Shown here piece after piece: positions 39,553-50,375 of a stretch of 64,000 nt of DNA (position 1 is its first letter; every line of letters begins with the position of its first letter). The position numbers and the translations under genes are program-made. The DNA lies in the IMG/VR virus record IMGVR_UViG_3300022752_004319, positions 67,754 through 131,753 of that record. One strand, written 5' to 3'. The notes beneath the pieces are model-generated. The model saw only the letters and a list, made by a program, of their open reading frames with translations, did no database searches and was not told the DNA's origin. Source of the DNA: a virus.

Positions 39553-40515
39553 ATGGAAAAGATTTTAACAGAAAATCCAAATCGTTTTGTCCTATTCCCA
39601 ATCCAACATGAGGATTTGTGGAAATTGTATAAACAAGCCCAATCTTGTTTTTGGACAGCGGAAGAAATTGATCTTCAACAAGATCTAACAGATTGGGAAA
39701 GATTAAACGATGGCGAGAAATACTTTGTCAAGAATGTATTGGCATTTTTCGCGGCATCAGATGGGATTGTAAACGAAAACCTTGCGGAGAATTTTCTTAA
39801 GGAAGTTCAGTACACCGAGGCTAAGTTCTTTTACGGTTTTCAAATAATGATGGAGAATATCCATTCAGAAACATATTCGCTATTGATTGACACATATATC
39901 AAAGATAAAGAAGAACAAAATACATTGTTCAATGCGATTGACACAATTCCCGCAGTGGCGAAAAAAGCGGAATGGGCATTGAAATGGATTAGTTCAGCTT
40001 CGTTCACCGAACGATTGATTGCATTTGCGGCGGTTGAAGGAATTTTCTTCTCTGGTTCATTCTGTTCAATTTTTTGGTTGAAGAGACGTGGACTTATGCC
40101 AGGGTTAAGTTTTTCGAACGAATTGATTTCTCGTGACGAAGGTCTACATACAAACTTTGCAGTTCATCTGTATCGTCATCATATTGAAGATCAACTATCC
40201 AAAGAAAGAGTTTTGGAAATTCTTACCTCAGCACTAACAATTGAAAAAGAATTTATTACCGAATCACTTCCAGTGGATCTTATTGGTATGAATTCAAAAT
40301 TGATGTGTCAATATTTGGAATACGTCACAGACAGATTGCTAGTTGATTTAGGTATTGGTAAGGTTTATAATTCTGAAAACCCATTTGATTTTATGCAGAA
40401 TATCGCTTTGGAAAATAAGACAAACTTCTTCGAGAAGAGAGTTTCAGACTATTCCAAAAGAGGTGTGGGTGATGTGATTGAAAACAAAGAATTAAATTTT
40501 GAAGAAGATTTTTAA
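39553..40515 (+). CDS. nrdB: Class Ia ribonucleotide reductase beta subunit
   Basis: [30 protein letters not shown] (radical Tyr), [27 protein letters not shown]. Confidence 0.97.
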   Translation: MEKILTENPNRFVLFPIQHEDLWKLYKQAQSCFWTAEEIDLQQDLTDWERLNDGEKYFVKNVLAFFAASDGIVNENLAENFLKEVQYTEAKFFYGFQIMMENIHSETYSLLIDTYIKDKEEQNTLFNAIDTIPAVAKKAEWALKWISSASFTERLIAFAAVEGIFFSGSFCSIFWLKRRGLMPGLSFSNELISRDEGLHTNFAVHLYRHHIEDQLSKERVLEILTSALTIEKEFITESLPVDLIGMNSKLMCQYLEYVTDRLLVDLGIGKVYNSENPFDFMQNIALENKTNFFEKRVSDYSKRGVGDVIENKELNFEEDF

Positions 40516-40526
40516 AATTGAAAATA

Positions 40527-42986
40527 ATGGAAGTTGTAAAAAGAGACGGTACTAGAGAATACGTGAAGTTTGAAAAAATTTCATCAAGAATTAAAAAGCA
40601 AACCTATGGTTTGAACGAAGACTATGTTGACTATTTTGAAGTATCCAAAAAAGTAATTGCTGGTTTGTATGATGGGGTCACAACCGAAGAACTAGATAGA
40701 TTAGCAGCTGAAACCTCAGCCTCATTGGTGACCAGTCACCCAGACTATTCAACACTAGCTGCTCGTATTGCGATCACCTCGTTGTACAAAAGGGTTGATA
40801 AAAGATTCACCGAAACAGCTGACAAATTATACCACTACATCAATCCAAAAACTGGTGAAAAGGCTGGTATGATTTCAGATGATGTATACAAAGTAATTGT
40901 AAAGAACGCAAAAGAGTTGGATGCTATGGTAGTACATGATCGAGACTTCAACTTTGACTACTTTGGTTTTAAAACATTGGAGAAGAGTTACTTGTTAAAA
41001 ATGTTTGGCGAGGTCGCAGAAACTCCTCAACATTTATACATGCGAGTTGCTGTAGGTATCTGGCTTGACGATTTGGAAATGGTTCAAAAGACCTACGATA
41101 TGTTGTCACAAGGATTGTTTACTCACGCAACACCAACACTTTTTAATGCTGGGACAAAAAGACCACAACTAAGTTCGTGTTTTTTGTTAGATATTGACGA
41201 TGACTCAATTCCTGGAATTTATAAAACATTGTCAGACTGTGCGGTAATTTCTCAAAATGCTGGGGGTATTGGAGTTAATATCCACAAAATTAGAGCCAAA
41301 GGTTCTTATATCAAAGGTACAAATGGAAGTTCAAATGGTATTGTACCGATGTTAAAGGTCTTTAATGAAACCGCCCGTTATGTTGACCAAGGGGGCGGTA
41401 GGAGAAAAGGATCAATTGCGGTCTATCTTGAACCTTGGCACGCTGATGTATTCGACTTTTTGGACTTGAGAAAAAACCATGGAAAAGAAGAAATGCGGGC
41501 ACGTGATTTGTTTTTAGCGATGTGGACACCAAATCTGTTTATGGAAAGGGTCGAGTCCGATGGTTTATGGTCGTTGTTCTCTCCAGATGAAGTGCCAGGT
41601 TTGATTGATGCTTATGACTCACCTGAAGATAAAAAATTCACCGAACTCTATACCAAATATGAAAGAGATGGTAAGGCTATCAAAACGATCAAAGCTCGAG
41701 AACTTTGGGAGAAGATTTTGGATTCACAAATTGAAACAGGCACTCCGTATATGTTATACAAAGACGCTGTAAACTACAAATCCAATCAAAAAAATCTAGG
41801 AACTATAAAGAGCGGAAATTTATGCTGCGAAATAGTACAATTTACCAGTAAAGATGAGATTGCGGTTTGTAATTTAGCATCTGTAGCACTACCAAAATTT
41901 ATTGACATTCCTTCAGGGAAAGTTCGAGAAAAAAATAAAAAACTTAGAACTTACAATTTTAAAAAATTGTACGAGGTTGTATATCAAATGACAAATAATT
42001 TGAACAGAGTTATTGATATTAATTATTACCCAACACCTGAAACTAAAAATTCAAATTTGAGACACCGTCCGATTGGTCTTGGGGTTCAAGGTTTAGCCGA
42101 TACTTTTGCTATGTTATCTATACCATTTGAAAGTCCCGAAGCACAAAAATTGAATAAAGAAATTTTTGAGACAATTTACTTTGCAGCTCTTACGGCATCC
42201 AATGATCTAGCAAAAAGAGATGGTACCTACGCTTCTTATTATGGTTCACCAGCTTCATTCGGTAAATTACAGTTTGAATTTTGGGGTGTGGATGTTGATC
42301 AACTATCAGGTCTATGGGACTGGTATGGACTTAAAGAGTCAATCAAAGAACACGGATTACGTAACTCTTTGTTAGTAGCTCCAATGCCTACCGCAAGTAC
42401 TGCACAAATTCTAGGGAACAATGAATGTTTTGAACCGTTCACAACAAATCTTTATAAAAGAAATGTATTAAGTGGTGAGTTTGTAATTATCAACAAACAT
42501 TTAGTTGATGATTTAGTTAACATTGGAATGTGGAACGACAGAATTAGATTGAAGTTATTTGATGGAAATGGTTCAGTCCAAAATATTGAAGAAATACCTG
42601 CAGACATCAGAGAAGTTTACAAAACCGTTTGGGAAATGAAAGGTAAAACAATTTTGGATATGGCACGTGATCGAGCTGCTTTTATTGATCAGTCACAATC
42701 ACTCAACTTGTTTATGCAGGATGTTACACCCTCAAAACTATCTTCAGCGCATATGTATGGTTGGAAATTAGGTCTCAAAACAGGTATGTATTACTTGAGA
42801 ACCAAAGCTAAAGCCGCGGCCATTAAAGGTTTAGGTGTTGATATGTCTCAATTAAATTCTTTGGAAACGGAAGAAAAAACCACACCAAAAATTAAAATTG
42901 AAAACAACAACCTAAATATTTCAGAAGAAATGTTGAATAAAGTTTGCTCGTTAGATGATCCAGATTGTTTGACTTGTAGTTCTTAA
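40527..42986 (+). CDS. nrdA: Class Ia ribonucleotide reductase alpha subunit with ATP cone
   Basis: VVKRDG ATP cone, TPTLFNAG, LSSCF, NLCCEI, CNLAS, PTAST, KTGMYYLR, C-terminal CLTC; ATG 40527 preferred. Confidence 0.97.
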   Translation: MEVVKRDGTREYVKFEKISSRIKKQTYGLNEDYVDYFEVSKKVIAGLYDGVTTEELDRLAAETSASLVTSHPDYSTLAARIAITSLYKRVDKRFTETADKLYHYINPKTGEKAGMISDDVYKVIVKNAKELDAMVVHDRDFNFDYFGFKTLEKSYLLKMFGEVAETPQHLYMRVAVGIWLDDLEMVQKTYDMLSQGLFTHATPTLFNAGTKRPQLSSCFLLDIDDDSIPGIYKTLSDCAVISQNAGGIGVNIHKIRAKGSYIKGTNGSSNGIVPMLKVFNETARYVDQGGGRRKGSIAVYLEPWHADVFDFLDLRKNHGKEEMRARDLFLAMWTPNLFMERVESDGLWSLFSPDEVPGLIDAYDSPEDKKFTELYTKYERDGKAIKTIKARELWEKILDSQIETGTPYMLYKDAVNYKSNQKNLGTIKSGNLCCEIVQFTSKDEIAVCNLASVALPKFIDIPSGKVREKNKKLRTYNFKKLYEVVYQMTNNLNRVIDINYYPTPETKNSNLRHRPIGLGVQGLADTFAMLSIPFESPEAQKLNKEIFETIYFAALTASNDLAKRDGTYASYYGSPASFGKLQFEFWGVDVDQLSGLWDWYGLKESIKEHGLRNSLLVAPMPTASTAQILGNNECFEPFTTNLYKRNVLSGEFVIINKHLVDDLVNIGMWNDRIRLKLFDGNGSVQNIEEIPADIREVYKTVWEMKGKTILDMARDRAAFIDQSQSLNLFMQDVTPSKLSSAHMYGWKLGLKTGMYYLRTKAKAAAIKGLGVDMSQLNSLETEEKTTPKIKIENNNLNISEEMLNKVCSLDDPDCLTCSS

Positions 42987-43018
42987 AAATATATCACAAA
43001 ATTCAAGGTGATATATTT
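42987..43018 (+). promoter_or_regulatory. Perfect 11-bp inverted repeat overlapping TATTTAT and the translation start region of the gp25-like gene
   Basis: AAATATATCAC (42987-42997) / GTGATATATTT (43008-43018), 10-nt loop. Confidence 0.6.
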
Positions 43019-43024
43019 ATTTAC

Positions 43025-43486
43025 ATGGCGCAAGGAAAGACATATGGAATAAGTTTTCCATTCGTGGATAGTATTGAAGGTAAGTATTTGGAGTTAACCG
43101 AATATGCAACCGAAGAAATTCGAACAAATCTTATTCATCTTCTTTTGACAAGAAAAGGTAGTCGTTACTTTCTTCCAAATTTTGGGACAAGATTATACGA
43201 ATACATTTTCCAACCTATGGATGGGCCAACATTTGCCGAGATTGAATCTGAAATTCGTGACTCAGTCCAACAATTCCTACCTAATTTACAGATTACAAAT
43301 ATAGTTATACGAGCAGCTTCTGATGAGGCTGCTGGTATGACTGTAACCACTGCTGGTAATGTTGTAAATCCAGAACTCACACTTCCCAATCAAAATGTGT
43401 CCGAATATACAGCAAAAGTTAGAATTGATTATGCTATTTCTAATGATGTATTTAATTCTAAAGACTTTGTAATTATTAATATCTAA
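43025..43486 (+). CDS. Baseplate wedge subunit (T4 gp25/GpW-like)
   Basis: IRTNLIHLLLTRKGSRYFLPNFGTRLYEYIF. Confidence 0.92.
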   Translation: MAQGKTYGISFPFVDSIEGKYLELTEYATEEIRTNLIHLLLTRKGSRYFLPNFGTRLYEYIFQPMDGPTFAEIESEIRDSVQQFLPNLQITNIVIRAASDEAAGMTVTTAGNVVNPELTLPNQNVSEYTAKVRIDYAISNDVFNSKDFVIINI

Positions 43487-43487
43487 T

Positions 43488-45329
43488 ATGGCTGAAAGAA
43501 AAATATCATACACGGCAAGGGATTTTGTGACAATTCGACAAGAACTCATCGATTACACTAGGACATACTATCCTGATTTAATTGATAATTTTAATGATGC
43601 TGCAATATTTTCAGTGTTCTTAGATTTAAATGCCGCAGTTGCGGACAATCTTCATTATAATATTGATAGAAGTATTCAAGAAACCGTATTACAATTTGCA
43701 CAACAAAGATCTTCTATCTACAATATTGCAAGGACTTATGGACTCAAAATACCTGGACAAAGACCTTCCGTGGCTTTGGTTGATTTTTCAATAACAGTAC
43801 CAGCATTTGGAGATAAAGAGGATGAGAGATATTTAGGAACACTAAGGAGAGGAAGTCAAGTCATAGGTGCTGGACAAATATTCGAAACCGTTTATGATGT
43901 AAATTTTGCATCACCGTTTAATGTTGATGGGGTACCTAATAGGTTAAAAATTCCTAATTTTGATACAAATAATAATTTAATTAATTATACAATTACAAAG
44001 AGAGAGACGGTAGTAAATGGAATAACTAAAGTATACAAAAGAACAATATTACCAAATGATGTAACACCTTTCTTCAGTTTCTTTTTACCAGAAAAAAATG
44101 TATTGGGTATAACATCTATGATACAAAAACCCGGTACCGCATATTCAAATGTTCCTTCAGATCAAGAGTTTTTGGGTCTACAAGGTAGATGGTATGAAGT
44201 TCCAGCACTTGCTGAAAGTAGAATTTTTGTAGAAGACCCATCAAAACCATCAGATGACCCAGCGATTAAAGTCGGTGTCTATGTAGAAACACAACAGAGG
44301 TTTATCACAGAATATACACCAGAAGGTTTTTATAAAATAACTTTTGGTGGTGGAACTAATACAGCCGACGATCAACTAAGAGAATTTACAGCACTTGATG
44401 TCCCACTCAAAATTCAACGGTATCAAAACAATTCATTAGCTCTAGGTTCTATTCCTCAAGCTAACACTACATTATTTATTCAGTACAGAATTGGTGGTGG
44501 CCTTGGGACAAACTTAGGTGTGAATGTTATTAATCAAATTGGAACTGTAAATTTCTTTGTAAATGGTCCATCAGAAACTGTAAATAATCAAGTGGTAAAT
44601 TCATTGGTTTGTAATAATCCCGTAGCAGCAATTGGTGGTGCGGGTTATCCATCAACAGAGGAAGTTCGTAATTATGTTACCTATAATTTTAGTGCTCAAA
44701 ATAGGGCTGTTACCATTCAGGATTATGAAGCTGTTTTAAGAAATATGCCACCACAATTTGGAGCTCCAGCAAAAGTTTCAGTGACAGAAAATAATAATAA
44801 AATAAATGTTAATATCCTTTCATATAATCAAGACGGTAGGTTGGTATCAGAAGTTTCTCAAACTTTAAAAAATAATATTGCAGAATACTTGTCAAATTAC
44901 AGAATGATTAATGATTATGTAAATGTTGGTAGCGCTCAAGTTATTGATGTTGCGGTGGATACGTCAGTTGTTTTGGATGCATCACAAAATCAAGGTGTTG
45001 TGATTACTAACATAATTGATAAAATTACAACTTTTTTCAGTCCAGCTTTCAGAGGAATGGGTCAGAACATTGTACTATCTGAACTTTACAGAATAATCCA
45101 AAATGAAAATGGTGTTTTAAGTGTCAACGAAATTTCAATCTTTGGTAAAGTCGGTGGACAATATTCATCCGCACAAACATCAATGCCTTATTCTGACCCA
45201 GAAACAAAAAAAATATCTTTAGTTGACAATACAATATTTGCAGAACCAAATCAAATATATCAAGTCAGGTTTCCAAATAGGGATATTACTGTGAGAACAA
45301 AGAATTATCAATCTATAATTTTTACTTAA
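43488..45329 (+). CDS. Baseplate wedge subunit (T4 gp6 / baseplate J-like)
   Basis: YTARDF..I, QYRIGGG..N, AAIGGA, QNRAVTIQDY. Confidence 0.9.
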   Translation: MAERKISYTARDFVTIRQELIDYTRTYYPDLIDNFNDAAIFSVFLDLNAAVADNLHYNIDRSIQETVLQFAQQRSSIYNIARTYGLKIPGQRPSVALVDFSITVPAFGDKEDERYLGTLRRGSQVIGAGQIFETVYDVNFASPFNVDGVPNRLKIPNFDTNNNLINYTITKRETVVNGITKVYKRTILPNDVTPFFSFFLPEKNVLGITSMIQKPGTAYSNVPSDQEFLGLQGRWYEVPALAESRIFVEDPSKPSDDPAIKVGVYVETQQRFITEYTPEGFYKITFGGGTNTADDQLREFTALDVPLKIQRYQNNSLALGSIPQANTTLFIQYRIGGGLGTNLGVNVINQIGTVNFFVNGPSETVNNQVVNSLVCNNPVAAIGGAGYPSTEEVRNYVTYNFSAQNRAVTIQDYEAVLRNMPPQFGAPAKVSVTENNNKINVNILSYNQDGRLVSEVSQTLKNNIAEYLSNYRMINDYVNVGSAQVIDVAVDTSVVLDASQNQGVVITNIIDKITTFFSPAFRGMGQNIVLSELYRIIQNENGVLSVNEISIFGKVGGQYSSAQTSMPYSDPETKKISLVDNTIFAEPNQIYQVRFPNRDITVRTKNYQSIIFT

Positions 45330-45403
45330 CAATTTATTTCCTAATTCAGTCAACTACATTTTGAAAAATAGTACTATTACTATTTATTCAAAAAGGGATT
45401 TTT

Positions 45404-48400
45404 ATGTCCAATAGTTACAGAATTAGAACACAAGTAGGTGTAGACAAACAAATTAATTTACAGTTGGATCAAGACTTTGACCAATTGGAAATACTATCTT
45501 TAAAAATAAGACAACAAGATGTCTATCCACGTTTTTGTGCTGACTATGGAGTTGTTACTGGTCGAGTTGTTGTTAATGATGGGTTTGGTGTTCCAAATGT
45601 TAAGATTAGTGTATTTGTTCCTTTGGACCAAGTTGACCAAAACAACGAGATAATTTCAAACTTATATCCTTACAGAAATATTACTGATATAAATGATGAT
45701 GGTTATAGATATAATTTATTACCATATCAAAAACAACACGGTGGTCACACACCAACAGGTACATTTCCTTCCAAACAAGACATTGTCACTAATCCAGCTC
45801 TAGTTGAGATTTATGATAAATATTACAAATATACAGTCAAAACTAATGGAAGTGGTGACTTTATGATAACAGGTGTTCCATTAGGTGAATGGCAACTTGT
45901 AATGGATTGTGATTTATCAGATATTGGACCATTTTCGGTCTCACCACAAGATTTAGTCGACATTGGATTAGCAACACCAGAACAAATTGATGGAAATAAA
46001 TTCCCATCATCATCAAACTTATTACAATTACCTCAAATTATTAATCAAATTCAAACAATACAAGTTTTACCATTTTGGGGCGATCCAACAACATGTCAAA
46101 TAAGAATTACAAGACAAGATTTTGATTTACAAGACTCTGGTGTTCGGATAAAACCAACCGCCTTATTTATGGGGTCTTTGTTCACTAATGTGGATGAACA
46201 GAGTTTAAGTAAAAGATGTAGACCAACTAAAGGAATTGGTAATTTATGTAATTTGACCACAGGTTATGGTGAAATAATTGCTGTAAGACAAACAATATTT
46301 AATGATGACGACGGGTACCCAATACTTGAACAAGCAACATTACCAGCGGGTGGCAAAGTAATTGACGAAGATGGTACGTTTCTTTTGAACGTTCCAATGA
46401 ACATGGACTATGTAACAACAAATGAATTCGGAGAACAAATTATAAGTTTGGACCCAACTGTCGGAATTCCAACTACAGGGAAATATAGATTTAAAATTAA
46501 ATACGATCAACCTTCCACGTTTCAAAAAAGAGAAATAAGAAGAGGGTATTTTTTAGTACCAAATATAAAAGAATATGGTTGGACAGATGCTGATAAAGAC
46601 CCTGCGTACCAAATATTAAATAATAATTCCACAAATCAAAAACATTATAAAATGTTCCAAAGTTCGTACTATTTTGGTTTGGATTGGAGCGGTTACACAA
46701 ATGGTTTTAACCAAAATGAATTAAATGACAGGGTTAGTGAAATAATAAATTGTAAAGACACTTTTTATCAAATGAGATTTAATAAAGTGTACACTACTGC
46801 ACAATTAATCGATAATTTTAAAAGTGGAGTCAATTACAATAGATTTGTTGCAATAAAAGATATTTCAGATCAAACTTGCGAAAGTGAAATAAATAAATTT
46901 CCAGCTACTGACGCCAACTACAAATTTGATTTTTTGTATTTTATAGTGAATCTTTTTATTAGTAATTTTAGTTTACTATTATTTGTTTTAATTCCACTGA
47001 TACACATGGTTTCACTTTTACTAACTTTAGTAAGAGAAATTTTTATTCTGATCATACTCCCAATTGCAAATTTAGTTTACAAATTATGTGGATGGGCACG
47101 CAAAGCTGGATTTAGGGTAAAATGTAAAAAACCACCAACAGCTAGAGAAATAAGAAAAAGATTTCCAACATTGAAAAAAATCAAAGTACCAATATTAACA
47201 TATCCAGATTGTGAGGCCTGTGATTGTGCTGGTGAAAATATAGATGGTACTGGTGATTTTATAGATCTAAGTTGTAATGCTGACCTAAACAACTCGACTA
47301 GTTGGTCAGCACCCCAACCTAGAAACGATAACGATGATAGGAATACGATCGAACTTGACAGAATACAATATATGTGGTCAGGATGGGCATGGGACGATGT
47401 TGAGGAGCGAGGATTTAGATTTGAACAAAGATTACCATTAGCATCAAAAGTAGATGGTCGTATTCGAGATTGGAAATATTTTGTGAACTGTTTACCGCCT
47501 TGGGAAATCATAAATAAATTTTCTTTAAAAGGAAATTATTTTGACAACCTACAGGGTATTCCGGGTATTAGTAGAATTGATGTAAAATTCAACCCAGACT
47601 ATAACCAAGGAACAGGTCATTCCGACAATGTTGTTGCGTTACTTGTTGATGAACAATGTTTCAGTTCATTGTCAGGACAAACATTACTTTCATTTCAGAA
47701 TCCTAACTTATCAAAAGATGTAAATGCTGCAAATGTTATTTCAGGGAACACTTTGACAAATGGTTCAATATCAGTCACATATGCTAACCCAACAAATATT
47801 ATAGGATCAGCCTTGACAACAAATTATATTATTGGAAGTGGAGGTACACCGACATTTAGTGCCTCAAGTTATTATTTCTCTTCAGATATAGAATATTTTC
47901 AAGTAATTACAGGTATTTCCTACAATCAATTTTACAATCAAAACGTGGATACTCGTGATGTTGATAGTTTAGGAAAACAACTTACAAAAAAATTTACGCT
48001 ATTTTGGGATCCAGAAGGACGACAATCAGGGGCACCATTTTTTGATGATACTTTAAATAATTACCTAAATTATTATAAAGGTGAACAACTTTATATCGTA
48101 TTTATGGTAAGAGGTGTGGATCCTTTTAGTGGAAAACACAAGGTAAGATATGATATTTCCAGACTGTTTGGATATCGATCCAAAAACCAAGTTGTAGTTG
48201 AAGGTAATTATTATTTGAATGTTCCGATCCAGCCAGGTGGAAGATGTGTGAGACACGATCAACTTACGACTAATGATTCAGTACAAAATGATTGGGTCAA
48301 CCCTAGTTTTAATTTCGGTCAACCAAACATTAAAATATATTTTGAATCATATTGTTTCACAGCAGGTACCGAGTATAATTCATATGATACTGATCTACAT

Positions 48401-50374
48401 TTATATTATTCATCACTTGATACTGATCAAATTGATAGGTTCCAACCACCAGATTTTACACGCCAAACTTTCGGAAATAACCCACTAATCCCATCTAACT
48501 TTTTTTATCTTAATTATGGTGTCGGACCAACTGGTGCATCGTCATATCTAAGCACAAATCAGGATACAACCCAAAACGCATACCTCCAATACGGCGAATA
48601 TATTGAAGGGGGATCATACATACGATACGCTACTGCAAGTGGTTTCAATGGTAATGTCAAACCGACAGCATACTTTGGTCCATCATACATTAATGGAGCG
48701 TATTCAACAACAGTAAATACAACAAACAGACCACTATTGAGAATGTCTAATTCATTAAGATTGGTTATGCGAACAGACAGATTACCAACAGGTACTGATT
48801 TAGATACATTGGGAACCAACACATTTTCATTTCAGTGTAGTACATCTTTAGGATATTATTTTATAGATGAATTTGGCACCACAAACGTTATTTTAGGTGA
48901 TTTAATACCAGACCCAAATAATGAAGACTCTGGAGATGACGTTGTAACAGGTAACACTACTCAACAAATTTTAGGAAGTTTAACTTGTAAAGGGTTAAGG
49001 GATTTAGATTGTTATGAACTAAACTCATCTACTGGTGCACTGACAATTTTACCACCAGATAACCCCTGTAATACAAACACTGCAAAAAATTTACCAGTAG
49101 TTGTAGATGGTTGTTATAGTTTTGTCAATGAACCATTTTTTTCTCTATTTGGTCGTAATAATGATTTTGCAATTTTACAAGAATGGAAGGTGAGATTGAG
49201 GTCAACTTTTGCTTTATGTAGAGGTTTAGTATCACAAAGTTTTGTTAATTCTTGGATAAATGGATCTTTGTTTGCATTTCCGTTTAGCTCAAATATTTTT
49301 TTCGATAGTCAAAATAAACCTTATGTAAGGAAAGAATTAAATATTTTTACCAATTTAGGACAAGATGTCGAGTACGCTTTTTGTGGTGTACAAATTGCAT
49401 ATGATGAACAATCGAGTAATTTTTATTATAGATCAAGTCCATTCAACTTAACAAATGGATTTATAGGGTCTAGATATGATTTTTTTAATAGGCAATTTAA
49501 TAGTAAATACTTGAAATATCCAACAACAATGGTTGACTTAGGTCCCCAATATAGTTGGACAAAAGATGTTTATTATTCTGATGAATATTTTGGGTATATT
49601 ATGAATGAACTAGATCCTACAACTTATACCCCAACAGAAAATTTAAATTCAATTTTTGCGTTGTCTAGGATTGTAAACGCCCAAATACTTTTTTCTGTTG
49701 GTGTTGCTCAAGCCCTATTTTCGAGACCCAGAAACAGAGTAGACGGTGACTATGCTCAAATGCTTCAGATTAATTCTCAATATGGAATAAACCCTTTCGA
49801 TCCTGAAAATTATCCAGATATATCTGGTACTAGTTCACCTATTTATATTGAGGTTACTGCTAGAAGTGGTCAAGCTATTGCAACACAAAATGCAGTTTTT
49901 GGAATTTTCTATTCAGGTAATACTTTTGATAGAGATTTAATATCACCAAAAAGAATAGACTACTCATTTAGTGGTAGTATTGTTAATTTTAAAAGTGATA
50001 AATTACCAACAAAAAATCAAAATGTGCCTTTTTATGTTTGGCGTAATTTTGGTTATGATTCCAATCCTTCACGATCTATTTTTGGAAATGAAAGAAATAA
50101 TTGGGTGACCGATAAAGATATATTCTCACCCTATGAGTATCAGACAATTGACAGATTTTATTTTCCTTCTTTTATTGGTGCTAACCAACAAGTTCAGAAC
50201 TCCCTAGGGTATATTTTTCAAACAGATCAAACTGGTGCAAATAATCCACAAGTACAACCGGGAACCTCTAATTATGAAACATTGACATCGGGTCCATACT
50301 ATTTCTATTTTGGAATAAAAAATGGGGCAACGGCAATTGATAAATTTAGACAAAAATACATACCGACAGAATAA
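45404..50374 (+). CDS. Large virion-associated protein with carboxypeptidase-regulatory-like N-domain and internal hydrophobic segment
   Basis: GVVTGRV..GVPNVKISVF..TNGSGDFMITGVP; hydrophobic run at about 46925-47095; located in baseplate cluster. Confidence 0.55.
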   Translation: MSNSYRIRTQVGVDKQINLQLDQDFDQLEILSLKIRQQDVYPRFCADYGVVTGRVVVNDGFGVPNVKISVFVPLDQVDQNNEIISNLYPYRNITDINDDGYRYNLLPYQKQHGGHTPTGTFPSKQDIVTNPALVEIYDKYYKYTVKTNGSGDFMITGVPLGEWQLVMDCDLSDIGPFSVSPQDLVDIGLATPEQIDGNKFPSSSNLLQLPQIINQIQTIQVLPFWGDPTTCQIRITRQDFDLQDSGVRIKPTALFMGSLFTNVDEQSLSKRCRPTKGIGNLCNLTTGYGEIIAVRQTIFNDDDGYPILEQATLPAGGKVIDEDGTFLLNVPMNMDYVTTNEFGEQIISLDPTVGIPTTGKYRFKIKYDQPSTFQKREIRRGYFLVPNIKEYGWTDADKDPAYQILNNNSTNQKHYKMFQSSYYFGLDWSGYTNGFNQNELNDRVSEIINCKDTFYQMRFNKVYTTAQLIDNFKSGVNYNRFVAIKDISDQTCESEINKFPATDANYKFDFLYFIVNLFISNFSLLLFVLIPLIHMVSLLLTLVREIFILIILPIANLVYKLCGWARKAGFRVKCKKPPTAREIRKRFPTLKKIKVPILTYPDCEACDCAGENIDGTGDFIDLSCNADLNNSTSWSAPQPRNDNDDRNTIELDRIQYMWSGWAWDDVEERGFRFEQRLPLASKVDGRIRDWKYFVNCLPPWEIINKFSLKGNYFDNLQGIPGISRIDVKFNPDYNQGTGHSDNVVALLVDEQCFSSLSGQTLLSFQNPNLSKDVNAANVISGNTLTNGSISVTYANPTNIIGSALTTNYIIGSGGTPTFSASSYYFSSDIEYFQVITGISYNQFYNQNVDTRDVDSLGKQLTKKFTLFWDPEGRQSGAPFFDDTLNNYLNYYKGEQLYIVFMVRGVDPFSGKHKVRYDISRLFGYRSKNQVVVEGNYYLNVPIQPGGRCVRHDQLTTNDSVQNDWVNPSFNFGQPNIKIYFESYCFTAGTEYNSYDTDLHLYYSSLDTDQIDRFQPPDFTRQTFGNNPLIPSNFFYLNYGVGPTGASSYLSTNQDTTQNAYLQYGEYIEGGSYIRYATASGFNGNVKPTAYFGPSYINGAYSTTVNTTNRPLLRMSNSLRLVMRTDRLPTGTDLDTLGTNTFSFQCSTSLGYYFIDEFGTTNVILGDLIPDPNNEDSGDDVVTGNTTQQILGSLTCKGLRDLDCYELNSSTGALTILPPDNPCNTNTAKNLPVVVDGCYSFVNEPFFSLFGRNNDFAILQEWKVRLRSTFALCRGLVSQSFVNSWINGSLFAFPFSSNIFFDSQNKPYVRKELNIFTNLGQDVEYAFCGVQIAYDEQSSNFYYRSSPFNLTNGFIGSRYDFFNRQFNSKYLKYPTTMVDLGPQYSWTKDVYYSDEYFGYIMNELDPTTYTPTENLNSIFALSRIVNAQILFSVGVAQALFSRPRNRVDGDYAQMLQINSQYGINPFDPENYPDISGTSSPIYIEVTARSGQAIATQNAVFGIFYSGNTFDRDLISPKRIDYSFSGSIVNFKSDKLPTKNQNVPFYVWRNFGYDSNPSRSIFGNERNNWVTDKDIFSPYEYQTIDRFYFPSFIGANQQVQNSLGYIFQTDQTGANNPQVQPGTSNYETLTSGPYYFYFGIKNGATAIDKFRQKYIPTE

Positions 50375-50375
50375 T

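Noticed and set aside
39553-42986. Introns or inteins in nrdA/nrdB
   Set aside because: Both are continuous, normal in length, and have uninterrupted motifs
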